Virus record (IMG/VR): IMGVR_UViG_3300033073_001607 | Coordinates: 2,419-66,418 of that record | DNA length: 64,000 nucleotides | Source: a virus | Taxonomy: Duplodnaviria; Caudoviricetes | Strand: one strand, 5' to 3' | In this document: piece by piece, positions 9,101 to 16,858 of the stretch | Layout: every line of letters starts with the position of its first letter | Numbering within the stretch: position 1 is the first letter of the stretch | Position numbers and translations under genes: made by a program | Notes under the pieces: model-generated | The model's database searches: none | Told to the model about the DNA's origin: nothing | The model's input: the letters and a program-made list of their open reading frames with translations, nothing else

Positions 9101-9633
9101 ATCATCACCTCATGGACGGGGTTGGTCCACCGCATCGCATCGACGCGCGAGAGGAGCCGTTCGCGGTAGTGCAGGCAGATGCAGCGCCCGCGCTCGTCGT
9201 AGACGTACTCGTACGGGAAGAGGTAGCACCAGTCTCGATTGCCTTGGTTCGCGTCACCGACCGCGACGAGCTTCGCGAGGTGCTCGGCACCACTGACGAC
9301 GTCGTCGGAGTCGATCCACATCACCCAGCGCTTCGTCGCGAGGGAGAAGCACTTGTTGCGGGCGTCGGAGAAGTCGTTGATCGCGCCGGTCTCAGGATCG
9401 TTGCATCCGGTGTAGACCTCGAAGACGTCAGCGTACTTCCGCGCGATGTCCGGCGTGCCGTCGGTCGAGCCCGTGTCGAGGACCACGATCTCCTCGACGT
9501 GCGGACGCACCGATTGGAGGCAGGCTTCGAGCAGCCCAGAGGCCTCCTCGTTGCGGACCAGAATGCACACCGAGATCGGCGCGCGACCCTTCGGCCATCC
9601 CTCGCCGGGGATGTCCAGAACCTTCCCGTCCAT
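6163..9633 (-). CDS. Multidomain glycosyltransferase: GT2 + TPR + SAM methyltransferase + GT-B (GT4-like), 1156 aa
   Basis: ISVCILVRNE/VLDTGSTD/FSDARN/WIDSDD (GT2); RQFYYLGLEY-type TPR helices; VLDFGCSDG/VTGVDL/DTYEHV (MTase); IGGSET/YSSSPDRGL/FSETSCITAMEAQA (GT-B); GGAGG RBS. Confidence 0.93.
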   Translation of the reverse strand: MDGKVLDIPGEGWPKGRAPISVCILVRNEEASGLLEACLQSVRPHVEEIVVLDTGSTDGTPDIARKYADVFEVYTGCNDPETGAINDFSDARNKCFSLATKRWVMWIDSDDVVSGAEHLAKLVAVGDANQGNRDWCYLFPYEYVYDERGRCICLHYRERLLSRVDAMRWTNPVHEVMIPTDPGTLAIVPCDDVVVEHHRQRSKKPQEAGRNLRILQKMVEQDGSKDARQFYYLGLEYANNNQPDKAVEWLSRYVGISGWDHEKTMAALKLAEIAYGRGRIQEGIVWSFRAIEVREDWGECYFAAARGFYQLAVAGTDTRRNWQKCAHFGRVGLSLPPTKTMLFVNPLERDLDIHVYLTMAYSQLGDARRALEHAETALKQSPNDANLVYNRKVFERIIARDEAKAALSRLAAATDAPPESVAVALAEFGGADGPSEGWARYSRPEEYPRGVKPEHFPIARRSPHARAFAIPEATDIEDLPVVLTDAQVEAATIMLWKEYVLHDEILAAETFLANAPYRARHSPVIERALARTRQMTAWMDAPETTQQFNAPADPTVETGVPLPLPLNGQLLDRSDLTIATLKKTDKVLDFGCSDGSIINRWGLQGYNVTGVDLCESSVALARRKAEEFKTGCRFHVGKFSEVDLGGETFDVVTSCDTYEHVKDHVRDIIAPARRALKAGGRMVLVTPHGSWMRGQFIPWAHPWRWADEENQPWNAPLPHAHLIAPTVWSVAGHFREDGWWVKDSYIVESASHQDVPGQGNVYCEARLEAPKCSEGSLDIVFACGDAWQDWNPLVHKTKGIGGSETMVVELAKRLSLLGHRVRVYTSTGKWGEGIFDGVEYRQSAHLSLAGSCDVLIAWRDASLLDVPVTAKTRFLWVHDIFAGNGRHASLLKADRVLGLSEWHCDFLQKHHNLPRAQIMQTRNGIDLSRFDRPVERNTKKVVYSSSPDRGLPVLLKVWPEIRKRVPDATLDIFYGFFNWKKMAQARGDTDQLKGIAYLEKQIADLAPMGVTMRGKVDQQTLATEFLSAGVWAYPTWFSETSCITAMEAQAAGLRIVTSSIAALNETVGEYGVRIDGDWLSPEYQATFVDEVVRALTVPDTDWITTRYGVATHARNVFGLDALAEDWVSAMREELERVIVAPLVPYQPRADFTREAA

Positions 9634-9828
9634 CGTCGTCCCTCCAGACGGCGCCGTCGGCTGTGCCAAGCAGTGCCAGATCCTGCGTAGCACTTGGCAC
9701 ATGACGGCACAAGTGCATGCTGCACTGATGGCGACCCCCACAAACGACGAAACGCCCGCCACCCCTCGCGAGAGGAGCAGCGGGCGCTGATGGCCGCCGG
9801 TTGGCGGCGGCTGTTCTAATGCCTGTGG

Positions 9829-10647
9829 TTACGTAGCTTTCTCGAGTGCCAGAGTGAGCGCCTTGCGCGTCAGCGGACCATAGATCCCATCAGGGACCAG
9901 GCCGCTCGCACGCTGGAACGAGACGATGGCAGCCGTGGTCTTTGGGCCAGCCCACCCGTCGATTGTGCCAGGGTCGTGGCCAAGTTGTGCCAGTGCCCGC
10001 TGTATGCCGAGCACCGTGCGGAGGTCGATCTCCTCGGTCTCGCGCTCGCCGGACTCGATCTCACCGCCGTTGAGCCGGGCCATGAGTTCCTGCCACCGGG
10101 CCCCGGTACATGCGCGGTTTACCGCGTCCTCGAGTTCCTGGACCGTGATGGCCCGGTCGCCGTTCTTGTCGAAGCCGGCGTTCGGCTCGAAAGCCCAGCC
10201 GAGGTGCTCACCTGGCTCGCCCTTCGTCTTCGGGTTCGGATCGGCGGTGAGGACGTAGCTCGGGTCGCCAGCGTACTGGACGAGCGCCGGGAGGAACGTC
10301 GCGACGTACAGACCGCCGATCGTCCAGAGGTGCCCGACGTGGGGCCGGTAGTAGGCCTCGACGTATGGGAGTTGCTGCGTCGCCGTGAGCTGCCTGAACA
10401 TCGCATGTCCGGCCCGCCAGCCGACACCCGGAAGGATGAACGGCATGAACTGGATCAGCCCGCTCGCGTTCCACCGCTTCTCTGGCGGGAGGTGCTTCGG
10501 GTTGTCGTTGTGAGCGTTCGCGCGGACGTCGCTCTCCGACTTCATGACTCGCATCATCTTCTCTGGATCGGACTGCAGCCGCTCGGCGACAGCACGCAGC
10601 GCCGGGAAGAAGTCGTCTGTGATGTCTCGCGAGTAGATCGGGATCAC
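9829..10647 (-). CDS. Endolysin: lysozyme/SLT-like catalytic domain + EF-hand-like loop + C-terminal peptidoglycan-binding domain
   Basis: KSESDVRANAHN...ASGLIQFMP; DKNGDRAITVQEL; IQRALAQLGHDPGTIDGWAGPKT...FQRASGLVPDGIYGPLT; AAGGAGG RBS with GTG start. Confidence 0.88.
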   Translation of the reverse strand: MIPIYSRDITDDFFPALRAVAERLQSDPEKMMRVMKSESDVRANAHNDNPKHLPPEKRWNASGLIQFMPFILPGVGWRAGHAMFRQLTATQQLPYVEAYYRPHVGHLWTIGGLYVATFLPALVQYAGDPSYVLTADPNPKTKGEPGEHLGWAFEPNAGFDKNGDRAITVQELEDAVNRACTGARWQELMARLNGGEIESGERETEEIDLRTVLGIQRALAQLGHDPGTIDGWAGPKTTAAIVSFQRASGLVPDGIYGPLTRKALTLALEKAT

Positions 10648-10889
10648 GGCTCCTCCTTCTTCGTCTGGAACCCTGCTGCTCGCTCCGGCGTCACCATGTG
10701 CTGGCCGCTGCAATACTCGCAGTTCTCGCACGCCGGACACGGCTGCATCGTGATTGCCTCCATGTTTGCCGCCTCTGCGGCCAGCATCCTCTGAGAAGCA
10801 CGCTCGATCTCAGCCTTTGCCGATGCGCTCAGGATCTTGTCATGATCAAGGACGAGTGTGGGTTCGCTCTGGATTCGCCGTTCGCTCAT
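10644..10889 (-). CDS. Hypothetical protein with CxxC...CxxC motif
   Basis: Coupled overlaps at both ends; CPACENCEYC. Confidence 0.7.
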   Translation of the reverse strand: MSERRIQSEPTLVLDHDKILSASAKAEIERASQRMLAAEAANMEAITMQPCPACENCEYCSGQHMVTPERAAGFQTKKEEP

Positions 10890-11257
10890 AGTGCCTCGAG
10901 CTCGGCGTCGACGTTGGGTGGCGTCGCACAAAGCATGATGTGATCGCCCTGCGTCAGTCGCGGGTGAACTGGGAAGGATTCCGGAATCAGGAGCCTCGTC
11001 ACGCGGTCGCCGCGCACTTCAACGATGCTCTCCATGAATCTCGCCGCGAGGATCCGCCAGCGCTCGCCGTCGAGCCTGACGATCGGATACGCCAGCCTGC
11101 GTGGCGACCGAGGCGAGCAGACCGGAACGCTCGCTGTCGCCGGCTCCTCGTTGGCCAGTCGAAAGACAAGCTCAATCACACGCCGCGTCGGATCGTATTC
11201 CCACATCTCGTCGAATCGCCCGGACGCGCAGCGATGACGAACGTGGACGAAGGACAT
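10886..11257 (-). CDS. Hypothetical protein
   Basis: Fills the operon gap; stop overlaps the next start; start position uncertain. Confidence 0.55.
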   Translation of the reverse strand: MSFVHVRHRCASGRFDEMWEYDPTRRVIELVFRLANEEPATASVPVCSPRSPRRLAYPIVRLDGERWRILAARFMESIVEVRGDRVTRLLIPESFPVHPRLTQGDHIMLCATPPNVDAELEAL

Positions 11258-11356
11258 CTACTGGCCGATCACATAGCCGGAGACCATCAGGACGGCCGCG
11301 AGGAGGATGAGGATGGCGACGCCAAGGAGGGCAGCGCCGATCTCGTGCCCGTTCAC
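11258..11356 (-). CDS. 32-aa single-pass membrane peptide (not in the ORF track)
   Basis: MNGHEIGAALLGVAILILLAAVLMVSGYVIGQ; GTGA overlap upstream, TAG abuts the next ATG. Confidence 0.65.
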   Translation of the reverse strand: MNGHEIGAALLGVAILILLAAVLMVSGYVIGQ

Positions 11357-11670
11357 TGGATGCACCTCACGGAACCGCACGCCCTCGCCTCCGCAGCATC
11401 ACGAGCGCGAATGACACACGCATAGTGCGGATCGGTGAACTGCTCCATCTTGCGGAACGCCATCGGACATGTGACGCCCGCGCTGGTGACGCGCGACTCC
11501 GAGCAGCCGAGCTCGGCGAGGTGGAGACATGCGCCTTCCGCAGACGCCGGGTAATCCGGATCCACTGGTGGGCATGGGTTCTTCGGATCGTCGCACTTTG
11601 GGAAGATCGTCTGGTTCGGACACCCGACGAGCGCGACGACGAAGGCAACAGCGAAGGCGAAATGGCGCAT
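11353..11670 (-). CDS. Cys-rich lipoprotein (spanin candidate)
   Basis: Signal MRHFAFAVAFVVALVG-C with lipobox; Pro-rich linker; multiple Cys. Confidence 0.8.
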   Translation of the reverse strand: MRHFAFAVAFVVALVGCPNQTIFPKCDDPKNPCPPVDPDYPASAEGACLHLAELGCSESRVTSAGVTCPMAFRKMEQFTDPHYACVIRARDAAEARACGSVRCIQ

Positions 11671-11678
11671 GTGGACTC

Positions 11679-12452
11679 CTACGCGAGCGAGACGGGAACG
11701 ACGGTCGGAACGAGGATGTCGCCTGCGAGTCGCTCGAACGCAGCGTCAGAGATGCGTGCGTGACCTCGAACACCCCACGACGAACCCCATGAGTTGGCGA
11801 CGAGCAGCCAGCCGGTGCCGAAGCCATCGACGCACTGCATGTGTGAGCCGATGCTGGCGTGGTAGAGGCCGTCGTAGATCGTGCCGTCCGCGATGTTCTG
11901 GTAGTCGACGTCGACGGGCATCGCGAACGTAGGACAGAACCCTCGCGTCAGTGCCGAGCGCACGAGCGTCGCGGCGCCTTGGCCGCTCGCGATTCGATAC
12001 CATCCAGACAGCATCTGGCCGAGGCCCGCCTGCCATACGTCGAGCGGTGGCGGGACATTCACGTTGCTCTCGTTGAGAGGCCAGCGGTCTTCGGCGACGA
12101 GGCCGAAGTCCTGCATCCCAATGATCGCCGAACGAGGCCGGGAACCGAAGTCGACCATCGCCTCGTGTGGCGCGTCAAGCAGCCGGGCACCGTCGTAGAT
12201 AGCCTTTGGGCTTGGCCGTGGGATCGGCTGCGCGGTGATCTGCGCGTGGAGGTAGATCGACGTCGCGAACGCCTGGCCCACGCAGCTCGACGAACCTCCT
12301 TGGTCTGGGATCTGCCTGAGCAGGCCGGAGTAGTCGAGCGATGTTGGCGCTCCGACTAGAGCCGCGCCGACGAGGTGGCCGATGTGCCTATTCCGGAGGT
12401 CGTCCTCGACATGCTGGTCGAGGTCGGCGACGTGACCGAGACCGCGTTTCAT
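11679..12452 (-). CDS. Papain-family (C1A) cysteine protease
   Basis: DQGGSSSCVGQA (oxyanion Gln and catalytic Cys), GSHMQ (His), ANSWGSSWG (Asn). Confidence 0.92.
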   Translation of the reverse strand: MKRGLGHVADLDQHVEDDLRNRHIGHLVGAALVGAPTSLDYSGLLRQIPDQGGSSSCVGQAFATSIYLHAQITAQPIPRPSPKAIYDGARLLDAPHEAMVDFGSRPRSAIIGMQDFGLVAEDRWPLNESNVNVPPPLDVWQAGLGQMLSGWYRIASGQGAATLVRSALTRGFCPTFAMPVDVDYQNIADGTIYDGLYHASIGSHMQCVDGFGTGWLLVANSWGSSWGVRGHARISDAAFERLAGDILVPTVVPVSLA

Positions 12453-12967
12453 TGGTCGCCGCACTTCTGCGCGCCGGCCTTGGCGCTCGCCTTCTTCGCC
12501 TCGGCGAGGACGCGGCGCATCGGCGGCAGGAGGTCATCGGTGACATCGCAGATCTTGGCGACGTCGCTTTCGGGAAGCTCCTGGTGCGCGATGATGCACG
12601 TGGTCTGCGTGATGTCGAGGATGGTCCGGAGCGTCTTCGCGTTGAACAGCGAGCACGCGGAGGTCTGGGATGCGAGCAGCACGACCAGGCCGATCGCCAT
12701 GATGCTCGGCCCTGCCGGTGGTGGCGGTGGCTCCGCCTTGCCAGTCACAACCTTCCGCACCGCCTCCACGACCTTCGGCACATCGAGACCGAGCGCACCG
12801 ATGAGTTGGAGTCCCGCCGCCACACGCGGGAAGCGAACGGCGATCTGCGCGTACTGGGTCGGCGTCCGCGGCTTGAAGAGCAGCGTGATGATCGCAGTGA
12901 CGAGTGGCCACACGAGCTCAGGGTGAGCGACGCACCAAGCGCCGCCACGCGACATGAATTCCGGCAT
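12449..12967 (-). CDS. Membrane protein (holin/spanin candidate) with an internal lipobox-like segment
   Basis: Hydrophobic segments LVWPLVTAIITLLF and MAIGLVVLLASQTSAC; GAGG RBS. Confidence 0.7.
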   Translation of the reverse strand: MPEFMSRGGAWCVAHPELVWPLVTAIITLLFKPRTPTQYAQIAVRFPRVAAGLQLIGALGLDVPKVVEAVRKVVTGKAEPPPPPAGPSIMAIGLVVLLASQTSACSLFNAKTLRTILDITQTTCIIAHQELPESDVAKICDVTDDLLPPMRRVLAEAKKASAKAGAQKCGDQ

Positions 12968-12979
12968 GTTGTCCTCGTT

Positions 12980-13552
12980 TCAGCGGTGCTCGAGAAGCTT
13001 CCAGACGATCTGCACGACGATGAGCACGGTCGACACAACGCCGGCAGCGATGCTGCTTTTGTTCTCGGTGGCGATCTTCGCGAGCGTCGTTTTCGGCCTG
13101 TTCGGCGAGACCGACGGACGGTCACTGGTCACCGACGAGTAGTCGAGTCCGAGTTCGCCGAACACGGCGCGGTTAGCTCGCTCGTTTCGCTCCGACGCCT
13201 CCGTCAGTGCGCCGACCTTCTCGTCGAGAGAGATGACCTTCTCGTCGAGCGTCCGCGTGTGCGCGATGGCTCCGCCAATCGCTGCGGCGTGCTCGATGTC
13301 GACCTCGCTCTGATGCCTGAGCACGTGACCGTCTGCATCGCGTAGCTCGCGGATGTCTCGTTCTGCGTCGGTCATGCGCGAGTTGAGGCGCTGCACTTCG
13401 ACGCGTACGGCCTCGAGCCCAGCAGCCTGTTCGTGGCCTCTACGTTCACCCTCTGCGCGGTGTGCGTCTACTTTGGCCTCGATGGCGTCGGTCTTCGCGG
13501 CTTGCCGCTCAAGTAGGCCGCGGATGATCGTCAGCTGTTCATCACCTGTCAT
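12980..13552 (-). CDS. Coiled-coil protein with C-terminal transmembrane helix (lysis-cassette membrane protein)
   Basis: Heptad-like helical body; IAAGVVSTVLIVVQIVWKLL tail. Confidence 0.75.
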   Translation of the reverse strand: MTGDEQLTIIRGLLERQAAKTDAIEAKVDAHRAEGERRGHEQAAGLEAVRVEVQRLNSRMTDAERDIRELRDADGHVLRHQSEVDIEHAAAIGGAIAHTRTLDEKVISLDEKVGALTEASERNERANRAVFGELGLDYSSVTSDRPSVSPNRPKTTLAKIATENKSSIAAGVVSTVLIVVQIVWKLLEHR

Positions 13553-13565
13553 GGCTGCCCTCTTG

Positions 13566-16139
13566 CTATGCGGCGGAGCCCCACTTGCGACCCCACTTTT
13601 CGAGCTTGGTCTTGAACGTGGCGGAAGAGACCGCGCTCAATTGCAGAACCACGACGGCGCCGACGACGCCCTCAAGCGGATCGTTCTCGTTGTACCCAGC
13701 ACCAACGGCATCGAAGCCAGTCCACGTGGCGTCATGCGCGCCGGTCCCGTCAGAGCCCTGCTGCGTGCCGTCATCGTAGAGCTCGATGCCACCCGCCACC
13801 GACTGCGACACGCCGAGCGTATGCGGCTCGTCGTCGTTGATGTCCGAGCCTCGCGAAACGGTCTGCCAGCCGCCGTCGTAGTGACGGTATCGAATCTGCG
13901 AGACGTTCGCCGTGCCGCCGGATGTGTACGCGCCGTTCCCGGTCGAGCCTTGAAGCGAGAACGTCGTCGACGACGTCACCGTGACGACCCACGTGTCGTT
14001 GGCTGCGGGGTTGCCGAGCACGCCGCGGACGGTCACCGTGTCGCCTGTCGTGAGATCGTGCGCTGCGTCGACGGTGACGACGATTGGAGACGCGTTGGTC
14101 GCGTCCGTGATGGTCAACGTCGACGACGTCACGCCAAAGTTGTTCCAGCTCGAGCCATTTGTCGCGCCAACGATCGTCGCGGGTGGATTCGTGCCCTCTG
14201 CGGACGTCTCGTCGAAGTTCAGCGTCCTGACAACGGCATATGCCTCGTAGACGCCGCCGGCGTTGCCACGGTCTGGTGATGCGAGTCCTAGCAACTGACC
14301 GCGCGTGAAGACCAGTCCGGACTTCGAACCGTAGGAGGTCGAGAACCCAGCAGGGTCGAGGATCGGCTTCTTGCCTGTCGTCGACTGCGACAGATCCAAC
14401 GCATCGCTCCCCTGGTCTGCCCATCCACTGACGAGCGCGCCGGTGTGCTCCTTGATCGTGTGCAACCGCGCGCTCTGGAAGCCCTCTGTGAGATAGATTC
14501 CGGTCGACGTCGCGATGGCAGACTGAGCATGGGTGTCTCCCCACGAGAACGAATCGCTCCACGCCGTCCACGTGATGCCGTCGCTTGAGTAGTAGGCCGA
14601 TGTTGTGTCCGCATCGATCGTGACGCCGTCACACGTCGAGCCGTTGAACATCCAGAGGCGATTGTTGTAGACGACAACGGAGTGGTATCGCCGCTTGGCG
14701 AATTGGCCGTGCCCATCGGCGAGCACCTCGGTCCAGTCGGTGCCATTCCACGTCCAGACGTCGTTGTACCAAGAGACAACGTCGGTCGAGTGGTAGCGAG
14801 CTCCAGCGACGATCCAGAGTTTGCCGTCGAGTTCCGGGAGCCGCCCCAACTGCGCACCCCGGCCGTTCCACGGAGCAGCGCCAACCGTGGTCCACGTGAC
14901 GCCATAGTCGATCGATTTGTAGACGGTGGCGGAGACGACGCCGGTGTCGTCGATCGACGTCTGGCCTCCCATGACGTAGATGACGTCGTTGAGGATACCG
15001 TAGTTGAAGAGTGCAAGCCCGCTGGTGGGGCACGACGTCGAGATGCGGGACCACGTCGAGCCACCATCGGCGCTTCGGAAAACGTCGCCGGTGGGCGTGA
15101 ATGGGTCGCCGCCGAGCCAGTAGACGTATTCCGTGCCGGAGATCGTCATCGTGAAGAAGCCAAAAGTGTGTGCCGGTGCTGGACGTGTGGCCGACCCGGC
15201 CGCATTGGCAAGCAGTACAGACCACGTCTTGCCACGATCGTCCGAGTACCAGATGGTGTTTACGACTGCGTTCGCATGCCCGGATGGTGCGCCACCAGCG
15301 AGGAGGAATCTTCCATTGGCAAGCTCGACGAAACCGATGCCATCGAGAGGAGCGATGTCGGTTGGGTCAAGGGCGCTGACACCCATGTCTTGGCACTGAA
15401 CGCCCATCCGATGGCGCGTAGCGGAGCCCGACGACGTGACCTCCTGATCGGCCTGGTAGACGCGCGCCGCTGCGTAGTCGGTGGTCGGGTGCCATGCCTC
15501 GTACGCGTTGACAAGGGTTGCAGTGCCGCTCTCGTTCGAGACGAAAACGGTGTACGTGCCCGCGGTCTTGGCGGGTGCGACCGCTCGGATTGTCGTCGTG
15601 CTGACGACCTCGAACGATGTCGCTGGCGTCGCGCCGAAGTTGACGGAGATCGAGCCAGAGAAGTTTGTTCCGGTGATGGTGATCCGTGCGCCACCGAACG
15701 TGTCACCGAGGTCTGGGGTGATGCTCGTGATGGACGGCGCGACACCGGTCGACAGCGCCGGAGAGATGAGCGCGAGCTCGCGACCGACGAGCGATGCATA
15801 GCCCGATGCAACATCGAGCGGGACGGCGGTATCGGCGTTGAACTGGATGGTGACGCTGTCGCGCCCAGACACTACCGAGCGACCAACGGTGATCGTCGAT
15901 GTGATGTAGGCGATCGTCACCGGCGCAGCGGACGCGTCGGTGAGGACGAGTGTAATGGCCCTTCCGAGATTGCCGAACGCAAGCTCGGACATCGTGTAGT
16001 CGCCGCTGAGTGTGGTCGCCCATGTTTCTGCACCAGTCCACGTCGCCCACTTCAGGTTGACGAGGCCATCCCGCGGGGTCACCACGGGCATCTTCTGCGT
16101 CGGGACGGTGTAGAGGACCTTGTTGCGGATGTCGGTCAT
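13566..16139 (-). CDS. Tail fibre/receptor-binding protein: IPT/TIG + Kelch/Asp-box propeller + LamG/ConA-like domain
   Basis: PSITSITPDLGDTFGGARITITGTNF (IPT); Asp boxes SDDRGKTW, SADGGSTW, SIDYGVTW, SSDGITW; Kelch-like IYVMGG/LWIVAG/LWMFNG. Confidence 0.8.
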   Translation of the reverse strand: MTDIRNKVLYTVPTQKMPVVTPRDGLVNLKWATWTGAETWATTLSGDYTMSELAFGNLGRAITLVLTDASAAPVTIAYITSTITVGRSVVSGRDSVTIQFNADTAVPLDVASGYASLVGRELALISPALSTGVAPSITSITPDLGDTFGGARITITGTNFSGSISVNFGATPATSFEVVSTTTIRAVAPAKTAGTYTVFVSNESGTATLVNAYEAWHPTTDYAAARVYQADQEVTSSGSATRHRMGVQCQDMGVSALDPTDIAPLDGIGFVELANGRFLLAGGAPSGHANAVVNTIWYSDDRGKTWSVLLANAAGSATRPAPAHTFGFFTMTISGTEYVYWLGGDPFTPTGDVFRSADGGSTWSRISTSCPTSGLALFNYGILNDVIYVMGGQTSIDDTGVVSATVYKSIDYGVTWTTVGAAPWNGRGAQLGRLPELDGKLWIVAGARYHSTDVVSWYNDVWTWNGTDWTEVLADGHGQFAKRRYHSVVVYNNRLWMFNGSTCDGVTIDADTTSAYYSSDGITWTAWSDSFSWGDTHAQSAIATSTGIYLTEGFQSARLHTIKEHTGALVSGWADQGSDALDLSQSTTGKKPILDPAGFSTSYGSKSGLVFTRGQLLGLASPDRGNAGGVYEAYAVVRTLNFDETSAEGTNPPATIVGATNGSSWNNFGVTSSTLTITDATNASPIVVTVDAAHDLTTGDTVTVRGVLGNPAANDTWVVTVTSSTTFSLQGSTGNGAYTSGGTANVSQIRYRHYDGGWQTVSRGSDINDDEPHTLGVSQSVAGGIELYDDGTQQGSDGTGAHDATWTGFDAVGAGYNENDPLEGVVGAVVVLQLSAVSSATFKTKLEKWGRKWGSAA

Positions 16140-16858
16140 GGCGAGATCGTGATCCCGGACTCGGCGCCAAGTTGGACCTCAAGCCACGCGCACTCAGCCT
16201 GCGTAAGCGCCCTGTTGTAGATGATGAAGTGGGTCGTATCGCCGTTTGCGCCGAGCGCAGCGGCAGGCGCACCGTAGTTGCCGATATTGAGCGAGCTCGA
16301 CGTCATATTCTCGAGTGTCCCGGCCGGGCCTGACACCGCGGTCTGACTGTTGGCGTAGATCTTCGAGGATGCGTTGTTGAAGATGCCGATCAACACAGAT
16401 GGCGTATTCGCCAGTCCTGTACTCACGAGGTATGTGCCGGCATCCGACGTGAGCTGCCATTTGTCACCTGAACCGCCACCGCCAGCGATGAGTGTGCCGC
16501 CACTGGGTGCGCCCATTGCGTAGTTGGCGTCGCCGCACTGACCAACGATGACCACTGTGTATGGTCCTGCCGTCATCCCGTGGCACGCTGCCGATGCGGT
16601 GATGACTTTCGTGGCGGCCGTGTTGCACTTCCACGTCGGGCGGCGGTTGTAGTTCGCGTTCGACGCGGTGTAGAGCGGCTCCTCGGTTGCGTTGATGGTC
16701 GGATCGGTGCCGACCTTGTTGTTCATCGCAGTGACGATGCTGCTTGCGGTGACGTCGGTCGCGTCGAGCCAGAGGGTGCAGCCGGAGATCGACGTGACGT
16801 CGACGCCGTTGCTGCCGTGGAACCCCACCCGGCGACCGCTGAGCCCGAAGCCAAACAT
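16136..16858 (-). CDS. Tail-associated ConA/LamG-like lectin-fold protein
   Basis: TLWLDATD start; end resembling LNIG...FIIYNRALTQAE LamG signature. Confidence 0.75.
   Translation of the reverse strand: MFGFGLSGRRVGFHGSNGVDVTSISGCTLWLDATDVTASSIVTAMNNKVGTDPTINATEEPLYTASNANYNRRPTWKCNTAATKVITASAACHGMTAGPYTVVIVGQCGDANYAMGAPSGGTLIAGGGGSGDKWQLTSDAGTYLVSTGLANTPSVLIGIFNNASSKIYANSQTAVSGPAGTLENMTSSSLNIGNYGAPAAALGANGDTTHFIIYNRALTQAECAWLEVQLGAESGITISP

Noticed and set aside
1076-9633. GtrABC-like O-antigen conversion cassette, suggested by its position next to attP
   Set aside because: No flippase, bactoprenol-linked GT partner or multi-TM GT-C; all enzymes look cytoplasmic. Host-surface modification is not excluded, but this specific model is unsupported
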